64,000 bases of DNA from a virus. Its lineage: Duplodnaviria; Caudoviricetes. The notes under the pieces were generated by a model that ran no database searches, was not told the DNA's origin, and worked only from the letters and a program-made list of their open reading frames with translations. Positions 1 through 10,435 of this stretch are shown here, one piece after another. The stretch is taken from the IMG/VR virus record IMGVR_UViG_3300011113_000415. The stretch is one strand, 5' to 3'. Position 1 is the stretch's first letter. The number at the start of each line of letters is the position of its first letter. The translations under genes were made by a program, and so were the position numbers.

Positions 1-8
1 ATTTGTAG

Positions 9-740
9 ATGACATTTAAAAAAATTGTAGGATTTGGTGACTCCTGGATGTATGGAGATGAGTTACTGGATCCTGCACTGATTCAACAGCATGCTGACGC
101 ACACTGTTGTTGGCACCAAAATGATCAATATCGCAACAGTCACAATTTTTTGGGACTAGTGGGCCAACACTATAACGTGCCTACAGAAAATTTTGGCATC
201 GCCGGCGGAAGCATGCAGAGTTCCATTTGGACTTTTCTTTGGTGGTTAGAACACGAATCCTGTCCTCAAGACTGTTTGGTATTAATTGGTCACACTGATT
301 CGGACCGTCTGAGTTTTTACAATCCCAATCATCGCAGTTATGCCAATGACCCACCTTGGAACAAATTCATACACTCAACCTGGGTGCAATATGGATCCAG
401 TGTTGTACCAGAAGACTTTCGTCATATGGTCAAACAACAGTTGGTTCTGACCAATTGCTCAGAATTGGCCAGACTCAATCATATGCAAACTCTTTTATTT
501 TTTGATGGAGTGGCGGCTAGGCAAAAAATACCCATGATGCAGTTTCATATCATGCCCGCAGACAATCAGTTGGATCTGCCAACTGAAATTTGGTCAGGAT
601 TTTCAACAACCATATGGTTTAGAGATCATCCAGGCAACCAAAAGCGAGAACTGATCTGTCCAGGAGGCCATCCTAACGAAATTGGGCATCAAATGATTGC
701 TGACAAGTTGATTTTGACCATAGATTCTGCTACAATGTAG
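9..740 (+). CDS. SGNH/GDSL hydrolase-like protein
   Basis: N-terminal GFGDSW block and C-terminal GHPNEIGH block match the SGNH Ser and His motifs. Confidence 0.55.
   Translation: MTFKKIVGFGDSWMYGDELLDPALIQQHADAHCCWHQNDQYRNSHNFLGLVGQHYNVPTENFGIAGGSMQSSIWTFLWWLEHESCPQDCLVLIGHTDSDRLSFYNPNHRSYANDPPWNKFIHSTWVQYGSSVVPEDFRHMVKQQLVLTNCSELARLNHMQTLLFFDGVAARQKIPMMQFHIMPADNQLDLPTEIWSGFSTTIWFRDHPGNQKRELICPGGHPNEIGHQMIADKLILTIDSATM
708..736 (+). promoter_or_regulatory. sigma70-type promoter of primase (probably leaderless)
   Basis: TTGATT-N17-TACAAT with extended -10 TG; ATG lies 6 nt downstream at 743. Confidence 0.5.
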
Positions 741-742
741 CA

Positions 743-1732
743 ATGCTTGATATACTGCAATACTTGCCTGCGAAACGACGACCCAGTCCACAAGGCTGGT
801 TGAGTTTCAATGCGGTATGTTGTAGCCACAATGGACAAAGTGCGGATCGGCGAGGTCGCGGTGGTATCAAGGTCACAGAACAGGGTTGGGGCTATCACTG
901 CTTCAACTGCTCATACACAGCCAATTTTGTTTTAGGACGCACACTAGGATTCAAGGCCCGGCGATTGTTGTCGTGGATAGGCGTGCCAGACACAGAAATT
1001 GACTTGCTCAATCTCGAAAGCCTGCGGTATCGTAGCATTCACGGCATACTAGAGGATCGACAACGAGTATTCAACACACTCAGTGATATCAAGTTTGAAG
1101 AACTAGACGATTTTCCGCCATTCTCAGAAGTGATCACTCCCGAGTTTCCACGATACTGGGATTACATTCGTCAGCGAGGTGTGCCAGAAGATTTTCCTGT
1201 GATGACTGCTATCAAAAATGATGGGGTTCATTGGACCAGACCTTTTGTGCTAGTGCCGTTTACCTATGACAATCAAGTAGTGGGTTGGACTGCTAGATTC
1301 TTGGATGACAAAACGCCCAAATACATCAATCACTCGCAACCAGGTTATGTGTTTGGCACAGACCTCCAACATGCTGACTGGCAACATGTGCTTGTGATGG
1401 AAGGTATATTTGATGCACTGAGTATAGGTGGACTTGCTGTGATGCACAATACTATCAGTGATGCACAAGCAAGATTAATTCGCAGTCTGGGACGCGAAGT
1501 CACAGTGGTGCCAGATCAAGATTCTGCTGGTTTAGAACTGATTGACCGTGCTGTGGAACTGGGCTGGGCTGTGAGCATGCCCGAGTGGCCCGAGGGTTGC
1601 AAAGACGTCAATGACGCTGTGATAAAACTGGGCAGATTGGGAACCTTGCTAACTATAATGCAAGCACGTGAAACATCAAAAATAAAAATTGAAATAAGGA
1701 AAAAGCAACTTGTTAAAAGACTACGGACTTGA
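743..1732 (+). CDS. phage DNA primase (Zn-binding + TOPRIM)
   Basis: CC..H and HCFNC zinc ligands; TOPRIM motifs VMEGIFDAL and VPDQD; directly upstream of helicase. Confidence 0.85.
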   Translation: MLDILQYLPAKRRPSPQGWLSFNAVCCSHNGQSADRRGRGGIKVTEQGWGYHCFNCSYTANFVLGRTLGFKARRLLSWIGVPDTEIDLLNLESLRYRSIHGILEDRQRVFNTLSDIKFEELDDFPPFSEVITPEFPRYWDYIRQRGVPEDFPVMTAIKNDGVHWTRPFVLVPFTYDNQVVGWTARFLDDKTPKYINHSQPGYVFGTDLQHADWQHVLVMEGIFDALSIGGLAVMHNTISDAQARLIRSLGREVTVVPDQDSAGLELIDRAVELGWAVSMPEWPEGCKDVNDAVIKLGRLGTLLTIMQARETSKIKIEIRKKQLVKRLRT

Positions 1733-3155
1733 TGTCCAGCGATTATTTCTAGAAATGATGTTGGAAGACGCACAAAGTTATGTGCGTGTTCAAAACATCT
1801 ATAACCCGCAAAACTTTGACCGGAGTTTGCGACCAGCGGCTGAGTTCATCAAAGAACACACAGACAAACACAAAACCATGCCTGACCGCACACAGATTGC
1901 GGCCACCACAGGCATCAAGTTGCAACTAGTGCCAGATTTGAATGAGGGACACTTTGACTGGTTCATGGGCGAGTTTGAAGCGTTTACTCGGCGTCAAGAA
2001 CTTGAGCGTGCAATTTTAAAATCAGCAGACTTGCTGGAGAAAGGTGAATTTGAACCTGTTGAAAAACTTATCAAGGATGCAGTCCAAATATCACTCACTA
2101 AAGACATGGGTACGGATTACTTTGCTGATCCTAAGGCTCGCATTGAGAAATACTTCAACTCGGGCGGACAAGTAAGCACAGGATGGCCGCAATTGGATCG
2201 ACTGCTGTACGGCGGATTCAGTCGCGGAGAACTAAACATTTTTGCAGGTGGATCAGGATCAGGCAAATCACTTGTGATGATGAACATAGCATTAAACTGG
2301 TTGCAACAAGGACTAAGTGGGGTATACATTACACTTGAACTGTCAGAAGAACTTACCAGTCTACGTACTGATGCTATGCTGACAAACATGAGCACAAAAG
2401 ATATCCGTCGAGACATGGATACCACAGAACTCAAGGTCAAACTTGTGGCCAAGAAGTCGGGCAGTTATCAGGTCAAAGGTTTGCCAGCACAGAGCAACAT
2501 CAATGACATTCGTGCTTACTTGAAAGAATATCAAATTCAAACTGGCAAACGAGTAGACTTTGTGATGATTGACTACTTGGACTTGCTGATGCCAGTGAGT
2601 GCCAAAGTTAGCCCTAACGATTTGTTTGTCAAAGACAAGTATGTGAGTGAAGAATTGCGTAACTTGGCCAAAGAATTAGGAGTGTTGATGGTAACTGCGT
2701 CGCAGTTGAATAGATCGGCTGTGGAAGAAGTTGAATTTGACCATTCGCATATTTCGGGCGGTATTTCAAAGATCAACACCGCAGACAATGTGTTTGGTAT
2801 CTTTACAAGCCGAGCAATGAAAGAACGTGGCAAGTATCAGATACAATGTATGAAGAGTCGAAGTAGTACCGGCGTTGGACAAAAGATTGATTTGGAATAC
2901 AACATTGAAACCATGCGTATCACAGACGAGGGCGGCGACGAACGAGACAACTTCCGCGGTGGCGCCAAGCCCAGTATCATGGATTCAATCAAGGCCCGGA
3001 GCCAGGTCAAGCCCTCGGAAGAAGGTGAGTCTAGTACGCCACCTTGGGAACGGGCTCAGCCACGCGAAGGTTTTGACCTAGAAGAACCCAAAGTCACAGC
3101 AGATGTTCAAAGTGCCAAACTCAAACAGTTGCTCGGGCAAATTAAAAATGCATAG
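1710..3155 (+). CDS. dnaB: DnaB/gp41-like replicative helicase
   Basis: Walker A AGGSGSGKS, VMIDYLDLL, TASQLNR, KSRSS; TTG start overlapping primase end. Confidence 0.92.
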   Translation: MLKDYGLDVQRLFLEMMLEDAQSYVRVQNIYNPQNFDRSLRPAAEFIKEHTDKHKTMPDRTQIAATTGIKLQLVPDLNEGHFDWFMGEFEAFTRRQELERAILKSADLLEKGEFEPVEKLIKDAVQISLTKDMGTDYFADPKARIEKYFNSGGQVSTGWPQLDRLLYGGFSRGELNIFAGGSGSGKSLVMMNIALNWLQQGLSGVYITLELSEELTSLRTDAMLTNMSTKDIRRDMDTTELKVKLVAKKSGSYQVKGLPAQSNINDIRAYLKEYQIQTGKRVDFVMIDYLDLLMPVSAKVSPNDLFVKDKYVSEELRNLAKELGVLMVTASQLNRSAVEEVEFDHSHISGGISKINTADNVFGIFTSRAMKERGKYQIQCMKSRSSTGVGQKIDLEYNIETMRITDEGGDERDNFRGGAKPSIMDSIKARSQVKPSEEGESSTPPWERAQPREGFDLEEPKVTADVQSAKLKQLLGQIKNA

Positions 3156-4308
3156 TTTATCGGATTTTTATTGCCCATTGTACAATCAAGGTTTATATTT
3201 GGAAAAATTAAACCAAACAGAAACTTTGGTTTCAATGTGTTGCTATCAAAAGTCCAGTGATAAATCATATTCAGATGTGGATTTTGTTCACAATGATTAT
3301 TTGTTGAATATTAGGAAAAAGTACGCAAATGGTAAGGCGCCTGTGGAATGTAATGCTTGTTGGAAACTTGAAAATTTGCATTATCAAAGTTATCGCCACG
3401 GCGAAATATTGGCTCAAGAGACTCATCAGCAGTCAAAGTATTCTACTCCGGTTCTTACCAACCTAACGTATAATTGCGAAAATATTTGCAATTTAAAATG
3501 CATAATCTGTGGACCAAGATATAGCAGTTTATGGAAAGAAGATTATAAAAAATTAGGGTATCCAATTGTTAACATAGCCGAATCCAAAATAAAAACCAAG
3601 CGTAATGATATTTTTTTGCAATTAGATTTTTCAAAATTAGAAAAAATACATTTTCAAGGCGGCGAACCTTTTTTAACCGCAGATCACAAAAAAATACTTC
3701 AAAAGGCCTGTGATGACGGATCCATTGGCAATTGCGTCGTGAGTTACAATACCAATGGCACCGTGCTACCTGATCAAGAAACTATTGAACTTTGGAAACA
3801 AGCCAAGTTGATCAAGATTTACTTCAGCATTGATAGCATTGGTGATAGTTTTAACTATGTGAGATTTCCAGCAGATTGGCAACAGGTTGAGAACAATATT
3901 GTAAATGGTTTTTTCACAATTGCTGATCCCAATATTGTTTTTTCCATTGGTCCAACAGTAAACATCACTAATATTTTCTACCTTGGGGATATTATTAATT
4001 GGGTTCAAGACAAGATTGCATACAATATTCAAGGAGATCCAACAAACATTTATATCAATCCCGTCGGCGAATTAAGTTATGGTGGCAAAATCTTGGATCT
4101 TAAAAATTTCAGTTACTCTATGCAACAAAGGGCTTTGGAATACCTTGACAGACTGCAATATCACAAAGCAATATCCCCAATCATAAATTCATTGAGTTCT
4201 ATCTCGCCAAATCCAGGAGACTGGATTGAATATTTAAATAAAATAGATCAAATAAGGGGCACCAATTGGCGAGAATCACTTGTCCATCTCAGTCAACAAA
4301 TTGTATAG
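3148..4308 (+). CDS. radical SAM protein with N-terminal SPASM/Twitch-like region
   Basis: CNLKCIIC, FQGGEPF, YNTNGT, FSIDS; start moved to ATG 3148 (track gives 3103). Confidence 0.85.
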   Translation: MHSLSDFYCPLYNQGLYLEKLNQTETLVSMCCYQKSSDKSYSDVDFVHNDYLLNIRKKYANGKAPVECNACWKLENLHYQSYRHGEILAQETHQQSKYSTPVLTNLTYNCENICNLKCIICGPRYSSLWKEDYKKLGYPIVNIAESKIKTKRNDIFLQLDFSKLEKIHFQGGEPFLTADHKKILQKACDDGSIGNCVVSYNTNGTVLPDQETIELWKQAKLIKIYFSIDSIGDSFNYVRFPADWQQVENNIVNGFFTIADPNIVFSIGPTVNITNIFYLGDIINWVQDKIAYNIQGDPTNIYINPVGELSYGGKILDLKNFSYSMQQRALEYLDRLQYHKAISPIINSLSSISPNPGDWIEYLNKIDQIRGTNWRESLVHLSQQIV

Positions 4309-5352
4309 GTCGGGCAGATATTCTTGCCAGTTGATTCCTTTGGCTATGTCTTGTCTTGCAATTTGTTTGAGGCAAATTTCCCAATTTTGTTGATCCACCT
4401 GGGTATGCTGGGTACCAATGTAGGTCAGGTAATCTGACTCACACATTGCTGTTTTCAAATGTTGTTTGATATGCTGTGGCAATGCACGAGGCTGTAACCA
4501 AGCAGGCTGATAAATGGGGTTGTTGCTGAAATCAATATTGTTTTGTTTGAACCAATCAACAGTCCGACCATGGTACAATATATTTAGATTACTGAGTGTG
4601 TAGTTTGCACTCACATTGTCAGTTATCTCTCGGAAAAATTTCAAATTGTCTACAAGATCCTGCCACTTTAATGGAAATCTAAGATATTCAAACACCGGTC
4701 CAGTTCCATCAATGCTGACACAAAAATTTAAATTTTTAAATTTGCCAAGCACTTGTTTTTGATGTTCACTGAGAACCACACTGCCATTGGTCACCATGCT
4801 TAAAAATACTGTGTTGTTGCCCTGTTCCAACAGATGTTCAAGCAAGGCAAAATTGCGTTTTTCATAAAGCGGCTCACCACCGATGAGACTTAACGTCTTG
4901 AGTTCTTTGAAATCAACTTTTTGTTTTATTGTGTCAACATTTACAAATCTTGAGGGTTGAATTGGAAAAGAAGGATTCATTCGATGATTCAATTGACTCC
5001 AACTGCTACTACTGCCTGCATTGCAACTCACACAGGTGGCATTGCAAGTGTAACTGGTTATCAATTTCAACATCAGTATGCTGGTCAGACCTTGTTTGGC
5101 ATCTTGTTTGATAAGTTCTAAATCTTTATCCCAGTACCAATCCAAAGCAGAGTTTTTCAGTTGCCTATCACTCTGTAGGTTTTGTTGTTCTAGGTTCCAA
5201 CATTTTTGACATTCATTGGGTTGTTTGCCCTCTAACATGTCCGATTTTATTTTTTCTATATCATAATAATCAGGCAACAAACAACAATGTGTTTCTTTTT
5301 GATTCCAGTCTATTTCTCGGCCAAACCAGGGCAATACGCAAAATGTATCCAT
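4276..5352 (-). CDS. radical SAM protein with N-terminal SPASM/Twitch-like region
   Basis: FCVLPW, CQKCW, CNATCVSC, IGGEPL, VTNGS, SIDG. Confidence 0.85.
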   Translation of the reverse strand: MDTFCVLPWFGREIDWNQKETHCCLLPDYYDIEKIKSDMLEGKQPNECQKCWNLEQQNLQSDRQLKNSALDWYWDKDLELIKQDAKQGLTSILMLKLITSYTCNATCVSCNAGSSSSWSQLNHRMNPSFPIQPSRFVNVDTIKQKVDFKELKTLSLIGGEPLYEKRNFALLEHLLEQGNNTVFLSMVTNGSVVLSEHQKQVLGKFKNLNFCVSIDGTGPVFEYLRFPLKWQDLVDNLKFFREITDNVSANYTLSNLNILYHGRTVDWFKQNNIDFSNNPIYQPAWLQPRALPQHIKQHLKTAMCESDYLTYIGTQHTQVDQQNWEICLKQIARQDIAKGINWQEYLPDLYNLLTEMDK

Positions 5353-5411
5353 TCATTATTTAAGTTTAAAAGGGTCAAGATCAAATAAATAACTCAAAGG
5401 TCACCGCCGCA

Positions 5412-5660
5412 ATGCAGAAAAAAACACGCAGTTTGCTAGAAGAATTAGATGCAATGTATATCGAGCGCGAGCGCCATCTAGTGATAGAGAGCCGTGCCAG
5501 CAATATCATAGCCAGTGCTATTAACTTGTTGGAGCAAATTGATGCCACTTTCCCGCCCGAGCAAGCAGAAAATCTCACTAGAAAACTGCTGAATGCTATT
5601 CGCACCCGAGATGCTGGCCGTTTTGAAAGAACAGTGAGACGTACACATGCAGATTCATGA
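5412..5660 (+). CDS. hypothetical phage protein
   Basis: 82-aa helical ORF after TAAATA at 5386-5391; overlaps next ORF. Confidence 0.65.
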   Translation: MQKKTRSLLEELDAMYIERERHLVIESRASNIIASAINLLEQIDATFPPEQAENLTRKLLNAIRTRDAGRFERTVRRTHADS

Positions 5661-6765
5661 ATTGACTAGATCTCAACTGAACGAAGTGGACATTGTTGGA
5701 CCCGGTGGATTATTGTCTAAAATAGGCGCCGCTGGCCGCGCTCTAGTGCAACCGGGTGGAGTAAAAGACGCACTGAGAACAATCACCCCCGGTGCTGGCC
5801 AAGGTGCTTTAAGCACTCATGATCTAACACAGAGTGATTTTGCCAAGCGCATGCAAGCAGTCAAAAACACAGCGGCCATGAAACAAGTGGCAGCCAATCT
5901 ACAGGCACAGTGGAAACAGGTCAGTAAAAGTCTTCGAGCCGCGCAGACTCCTGCCGCTCCGTCTCAAACAACAACTGCTCCAGGTTATAGTTCTGTAAAG
6001 ACTAATGCTCCGGCTGGTATTCCCACAGTTGGTGGCTCAAAATTACCACAACCAGCAGTGGCTACGTCACCTGAATCTAACAAATCTAGAAATGAACTTG
6101 CATTACTAAAAAAAGCAACTGCAAGTTTACAAGGTGGCCCTGCATTATCACCACAAGAATTACAGAAAGTAAATGCAATTCGGGCAAGTAATAGTCAACC
6201 GCCAATACCAACACCAAAAATCGAACCAATAGTAGTTGGCAAAGGACAAAAACCATTGGATCCTAAAAATCCAGCAGATGCCGCATTGATAGGAAAAATT
6301 CAAGCGGCAGGAAAAAAATCACCTATAACTGAAGCGGCTTCACTTGGTCAACTTACCGACTGGTACAAAAAATCAGTGATTCCACAATCAATGGCAGCGC
6401 ACTCAGCCACGTACTTGGCCAATTCTGTTATCAAAAATGCTTTGGCTCAAATTTCAGCCACTGAAAACAACCCTAGCGAACAAGAGAAAGCGTTTCAAGA
6501 TCTTGTGGCTGCCACCAGTGTAGAAAGTCAACAGATCACAGCAGCCAATCCACAGACCACAGCCGCATCGGGTGGTGCTGTTGGACAAACAAAAAGATTG
6601 TCAGGTGGTGCATCTGTGGCTGCCACCGATATTACCAAAGCAGCCGGTATCAGTGCCAGTCAGTTGGAAGCAATTAAAAAAATTACCAGTGCTCTGTCTC
6701 CAGTACGCAGTGCTGACGCCACTACCACAGCCTATCTAGAGGCGTTGGGATTCACAGTATCATGA
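5647..6765 (+). CDS. Ala/Thr/Pro-rich hypothetical protein, possibly virion-internal
   Basis: 372-aa ORF in operon; MQIHEL start; no recognised domain. Confidence 0.5.
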   Translation: MQIHELTRSQLNEVDIVGPGGLLSKIGAAGRALVQPGGVKDALRTITPGAGQGALSTHDLTQSDFAKRMQAVKNTAAMKQVAANLQAQWKQVSKSLRAAQTPAAPSQTTTAPGYSSVKTNAPAGIPTVGGSKLPQPAVATSPESNKSRNELALLKKATASLQGGPALSPQELQKVNAIRASNSQPPIPTPKIEPIVVGKGQKPLDPKNPADAALIGKIQAAGKKSPITEAASLGQLTDWYKKSVIPQSMAAHSATYLANSVIKNALAQISATENNPSEQEKAFQDLVAATSVESQQITAANPQTTAASGGAVGQTKRLSGGASVAATDITKAAGISASQLEAIKKITSALSPVRSADATTTAYLEALGFTVS

Positions 6766-8687
6766 AATTGTTTGAAGGTGGTAATGTATTCAAAGATGCT
6801 GATGGCCGTCCACTTACTCAACGCATCAACCAAACTGATGTGCCCAGCACCGTAACCTGGCTAGAACAACTCACAGGACTAGAATTTCCGCGTGAGCGTT
6901 GGTTAGGTTCCACCGGCAAAGCCGCCACGTCTGGTGACCTGGACCTAGCAGTTGATGCCAGCAAAATTTCCAAAGATGAACTGGCCGCACGACTAGAAGC
7001 CTGGGCCAGAAGTCATGGTCAAGATCCCAAGACCTGGGTCAAGAAGTCGGGGGAAGTACACTTGCGTACTCCCATAACAGGAAGACCCGATCTTGGATAC
7101 GTACAAACAGACTTTATGTTCTTCCCCAATCTTGACTGGGGCACATTCTTCTACAATCAAGTCACACCGTCCTCCTACAAAGGCATGGTCCGTGCTGTGC
7201 TCATGAGTTCGATTGCCAAGCAACTGGGACTCCGAATAGGCGCCAATGGCATGTTCAGCCGTGCCACAAATGAACTGGTGAGTCAAGATCCAGACTACGT
7301 GGCCAGGGCCATACTAGGACCCAAGGCCACTAGAGGTGACTTGGGCAACGTAGAGAGTATCTACGCCTTTTTGGCACGTGATAAAGACCGTGACAGCAAG
7401 TTAGCAGACTTCCGTGAGTACTTGACTCGGGAAGGTCTCAAAGAACCCACACAATTAGAAGAAAGCGGTGATGTTTACTTCCTGGCACGATTGCGTGATC
7501 GTATTGTAAATCAAGGCATGTATGCTCTAGTAGAGGCTGCCAAACCTGCACCTGCTGCCGCACCAGTAGGCGGCCGGGCCAAGGGCATTGAGCACCTGGA
7601 AGATTATGTGTTTAGAAATGGCACAGCCGGCGTCAAAACAGCCCTGGCTATCGTGGATGCATTCAAAGAAAACAGCAAAGTGGCATCGGTGAAATGGGAT
7701 GGCAAACCTGCTGTGGTATTTGGTCGCAAACCTGACACAGGCGAATTTGTTTTAACAGACGGATCAGGATTTGAAGCAGTGGGCTATGACGGTTTGTTTA
7801 CCAGTCCCCAAGCCATTGCAGACAACATGGCACAGCGTGATGCCAATGCGGCTGCCAAAGGAAATGTGGCCAATCGAGTGGAACAACTGTTACCTGTGTA
7901 TCAAGCCATATGGCCATACTTAGAGGCTGCCACTCCCAAAAACTTTAGGGGTTATGTCAAGGGTGATTTGTTGTACATCACAACACCGCCTGTGGTAGCA
8001 GGCAATTTGGAGTTTAAACCCAACACTGTAGAATATCGTATTCCTGTTAAAAGTCGACTAGGCACAGCCATTGCCAACAGCAAAATTGGCGTGGCAGTAC
8101 ATACCATGTATGAAGATGCAGGCGGCGCCAAACAACCATTGGCCAGAGTCAAATTCAACCCTGTGCCTGGCCTATTGTTGATTGAACCCATCTATGCTCA
8201 GCCAGTAGAACTTGAAAATCAGTACGTTAAAAAAATCAAGAGCCTGTTGCGAACCATGGGTCCTGCCATTGACACACTTTTCAATCCTGCAGAACTACGA
8301 GCCATGAAAATCACAGACCTGGCAAAATTGTGTGTTGATTATATCAACCGGCGTATCAATCCCAACTATCCTGCCTACACAGGCGATTTTAGTGATCTAG
8401 TGCCAGGTTTTATGGATTATTTGAAGGCCACACAAACTCCACAAAAGTTTCGCAACATTACTGAATATCTGCGTAGTCCCAGTTCCAACGAAGGCGCATT
8501 AGCCGCTGCCTTTGTGTTGTTTGAATTGCTACATGATTTGAAACTGGATTTGTTGGGCAAACTAGACACCCAAGTGCCCGGCAACGAGGGCTGGGTGTTT
8601 GCAACCCCTGCAGGCTATGGCAAAGCAGTGAGTCGTTTTGATTTTACTGCTAGAAATATCCAGCGAAACAACCCACCAAAAGCCTAA
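6762..8687 (+). CDS. two-domain protein: Pol-beta-like nucleotidyltransferase + KxDG ligase-like domain
   Basis: LGSTGKAATSGDLDLAVD fits hG[GS]x9-13DhD; C-half has GIEHLED and KWDGKPAVVFG (DUF6267-like, from recall). Confidence 0.6.
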   Translation: MKLFEGGNVFKDADGRPLTQRINQTDVPSTVTWLEQLTGLEFPRERWLGSTGKAATSGDLDLAVDASKISKDELAARLEAWARSHGQDPKTWVKKSGEVHLRTPITGRPDLGYVQTDFMFFPNLDWGTFFYNQVTPSSYKGMVRAVLMSSIAKQLGLRIGANGMFSRATNELVSQDPDYVARAILGPKATRGDLGNVESIYAFLARDKDRDSKLADFREYLTREGLKEPTQLEESGDVYFLARLRDRIVNQGMYALVEAAKPAPAAAPVGGRAKGIEHLEDYVFRNGTAGVKTALAIVDAFKENSKVASVKWDGKPAVVFGRKPDTGEFVLTDGSGFEAVGYDGLFTSPQAIADNMAQRDANAAAKGNVANRVEQLLPVYQAIWPYLEAATPKNFRGYVKGDLLYITTPPVVAGNLEFKPNTVEYRIPVKSRLGTAIANSKIGVAVHTMYEDAGGAKQPLARVKFNPVPGLLLIEPIYAQPVELENQYVKKIKSLLRTMGPAIDTLFNPAELRAMKITDLAKLCVDYINRRINPNYPAYTGDFSDLVPGFMDYLKATQTPQKFRNITEYLRSPSSNEGALAAAFVLFELLHDLKLDLLGKLDTQVPGNEGWVFATPAGYGKAVSRFDFTARNIQRNNPPKA

Positions 8688-8749
8688 AATTTTGCTGATT
8701 CGATAAATAAGTGTAGGGCGAAAAGCCTACTTATTAAGGAGATTTTAAA

Positions 8750-9181
8750 ATGGCAGGATTTACAAAAACCAACGGTACCACCCAACCAGTATTCCACATG
8801 GACACTGGCAATGGCAACATTGGCGGTACAGCAAACATCGCGGCAACAGGTAGTGTTAACTTCCAAGGTCCAAAACTAGACTTTTTCTCAGTTGTGGCCA
8901 ATGGTTCTTTGACAACATCTGGCAACGTTAACGGTTACATCAACAATTTGTTGCAAGCAATTCAACAAACTGCAACAGTTGCTATGTATCAAGTTAGCCC
9001 AGCAGCCCCAACAATCTTGAACTTGGCTGTATACCCAACAGGCGCATACACAGCCACAACATTGTTGGCCACTGCTAACACAAGTTCTACAGTTGCTTCT
9101 GGTGGTCAAAACCTACAGTTGAACTCATGTGCAGGTAACGCTGTGTTCACTACAAGCGCAACAAATTTTGCTCCGGTCTAA
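8750..9181 (+). CDS. putative virion structural protein
   Basis: TAAATA at 8704, leader hairpin, strong AAGGAG RBS, Thr/Gly/Asn-rich sequence, followed by terminator. Confidence 0.5.
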   Translation: MAGFTKTNGTTQPVFHMDTGNGNIGGTANIAATGSVNFQGPKLDFFSVVANGSLTTSGNVNGYINNLLQAIQQTATVAMYQVSPAAPTILNLAVYPTGAYTATTLLATANTSSTVASGGQNLQLNSCAGNAVFTTSATNFAPV

Positions 9182-9205
9182 TCAGTCTTAGATTGTGGTA
9201 TGTTG

Positions 9206-9236
9206 ACCCTGGACGTAAAAAATCCAGGGTTTTTTG
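9206..9236 (+). terminator. rho-independent terminator
   Basis: ACCCTGGA-loop-TCCAGGGT followed by T run. Confidence 0.85.
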
Positions 9237-9254
9237 TTGGCTGTAAATACAGCC

Positions 9255-9668
9255 ATGACTACTAGGATTCGTGTGACCACCCACTTTGATTGTACAGTCA
9301 CAGGAGTTACTGGACATTTTAGAGCCACGGCCTTGCCATTTGAAGATCGCGAAGGTCAACCTATTCAAGATCACGCAGCCTGGAACCGATCTAGAAATCA
9401 ACAACGCAACTGGGAAACGCTGTTACAGATCATTGGCTTGTATACACAGGCTCAGGACATTTCACCTACCGCACGTACATCGCAAGGTTGGACATTTGAA
9501 TTCTCCACAGACTTTGATGATGTTTTTGCTGATCGTGGCGATCCATTGGGACTGCTGAAAAAAGCCTGCCACGGCGTTCCTATGTTTGCCGACCTTGACA
9601 ATGCTCCTACTACTGGTATGTTGGATCCTAACAGCAACATTGAGTTTGAGATAGTAGACCATAAATAG
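9255..9668 (+). CDS. hypothetical phage protein
   Basis: ATG 5 nt after TAAATA (9244-9249); track start 9234 lies upstream of that promoter. Confidence 0.6.
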   Translation: MTTRIRVTTHFDCTVTGVTGHFRATALPFEDREGQPIQDHAAWNRSRNQQRNWETLLQIIGLYTQAQDISPTARTSQGWTFEFSTDFDDVFADRGDPLGLLKKACHGVPMFADLDNAPTTGMLDPNSNIEFEIVDHK

Positions 9669-9683
9669 TGCATTGGAGCAATC

Positions 9684-9947
9684 ATGGCCGACACCACCGA
9701 TATCGAAAAGAAAAGTCTAGAAGCACATGTGGAACTGTGTGCTGAACGTTATCGCGCCTTGGAGGCCCGAATAGATGACGTCAAACAGGACACAGCAGAA
9801 CTCAAAACAAGTATCCATGATGTGCATCGAGCAGTGGTACAAATGTCAAACAATCGTAACGCACAATTGATTGGTTGGGGCATAGGACTTATTGGATTTT
9901 TAACAGCCGCCCTGGGCTACATGGTCAGTCACTTTGTTCTAAAATGA
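9684..9947 (+). CDS. coiled-coil protein with C-terminal transmembrane helix
   Basis: heptad-like N-half; hydrophobic LIGWGIGLIGFLTAALGYMV tail; GGAG RBS; TAAATA at 9662. Confidence 0.6.
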   Translation: MADTTDIEKKSLEAHVELCAERYRALEARIDDVKQDTAELKTSIHDVHRAVVQMSNNRNAQLIGWGIGLIGFLTAALGYMVSHFVLK

Positions 9948-10435
9948 AACCCAGTCAAAAACTTGCGGCACTTGCCGAGCAAGAATTACCCAAATTATTG
10001 AATCATGTGATTGTGGCCGATGGTGACAAATATAGGGTGTTTGGATCATATGTATTACGTCAAACACCACGCGGTTACACAGTGACCTATCAAGATCAGC
10101 CAGTGGGCACATTTACCAGCACCAGAAGTGCCATGGCTTGGTGTGTAGCCGATCGAAATCGTCAGTACAATCTAGCACAAGAAATACAACACCTAGATTT
10201 TGCCCTGCTGAGACTACGCAATGATATAGAAATTCGTGGTCAACAGGCTCAAAAAGCCAGCGGAACATTTTGGGAAACAGTCACAGCCAAAACCCAACAC
10301 AAACAAGCACACAGTCAGCACCTACAAAATGAATTGACAAAATGCGTAAATCGGGCTAAATACCTACAACTTCGAGGAAGCAACAATGAAACTGCAAGAA
10401 CTGGCCGTAACACGCCCCACAAAACAAGTCGCTAA
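9944..10435 (+). CDS. hypothetical phage protein
   Basis: ATGA overlap with previous stop supports start 9944 (MKPSQKL). Confidence 0.65.
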   Translation: MKPSQKLAALAEQELPKLLNHVIVADGDKYRVFGSYVLRQTPRGYTVTYQDQPVGTFTSTRSAMAWCVADRNRQYNLAQEIQHLDFALLRLRNDIEIRGQQAQKASGTFWETVTAKTQHKQAHSQHLQNELTKCVNRAKYLQLRGSNNETARTGRNTPHKTSR

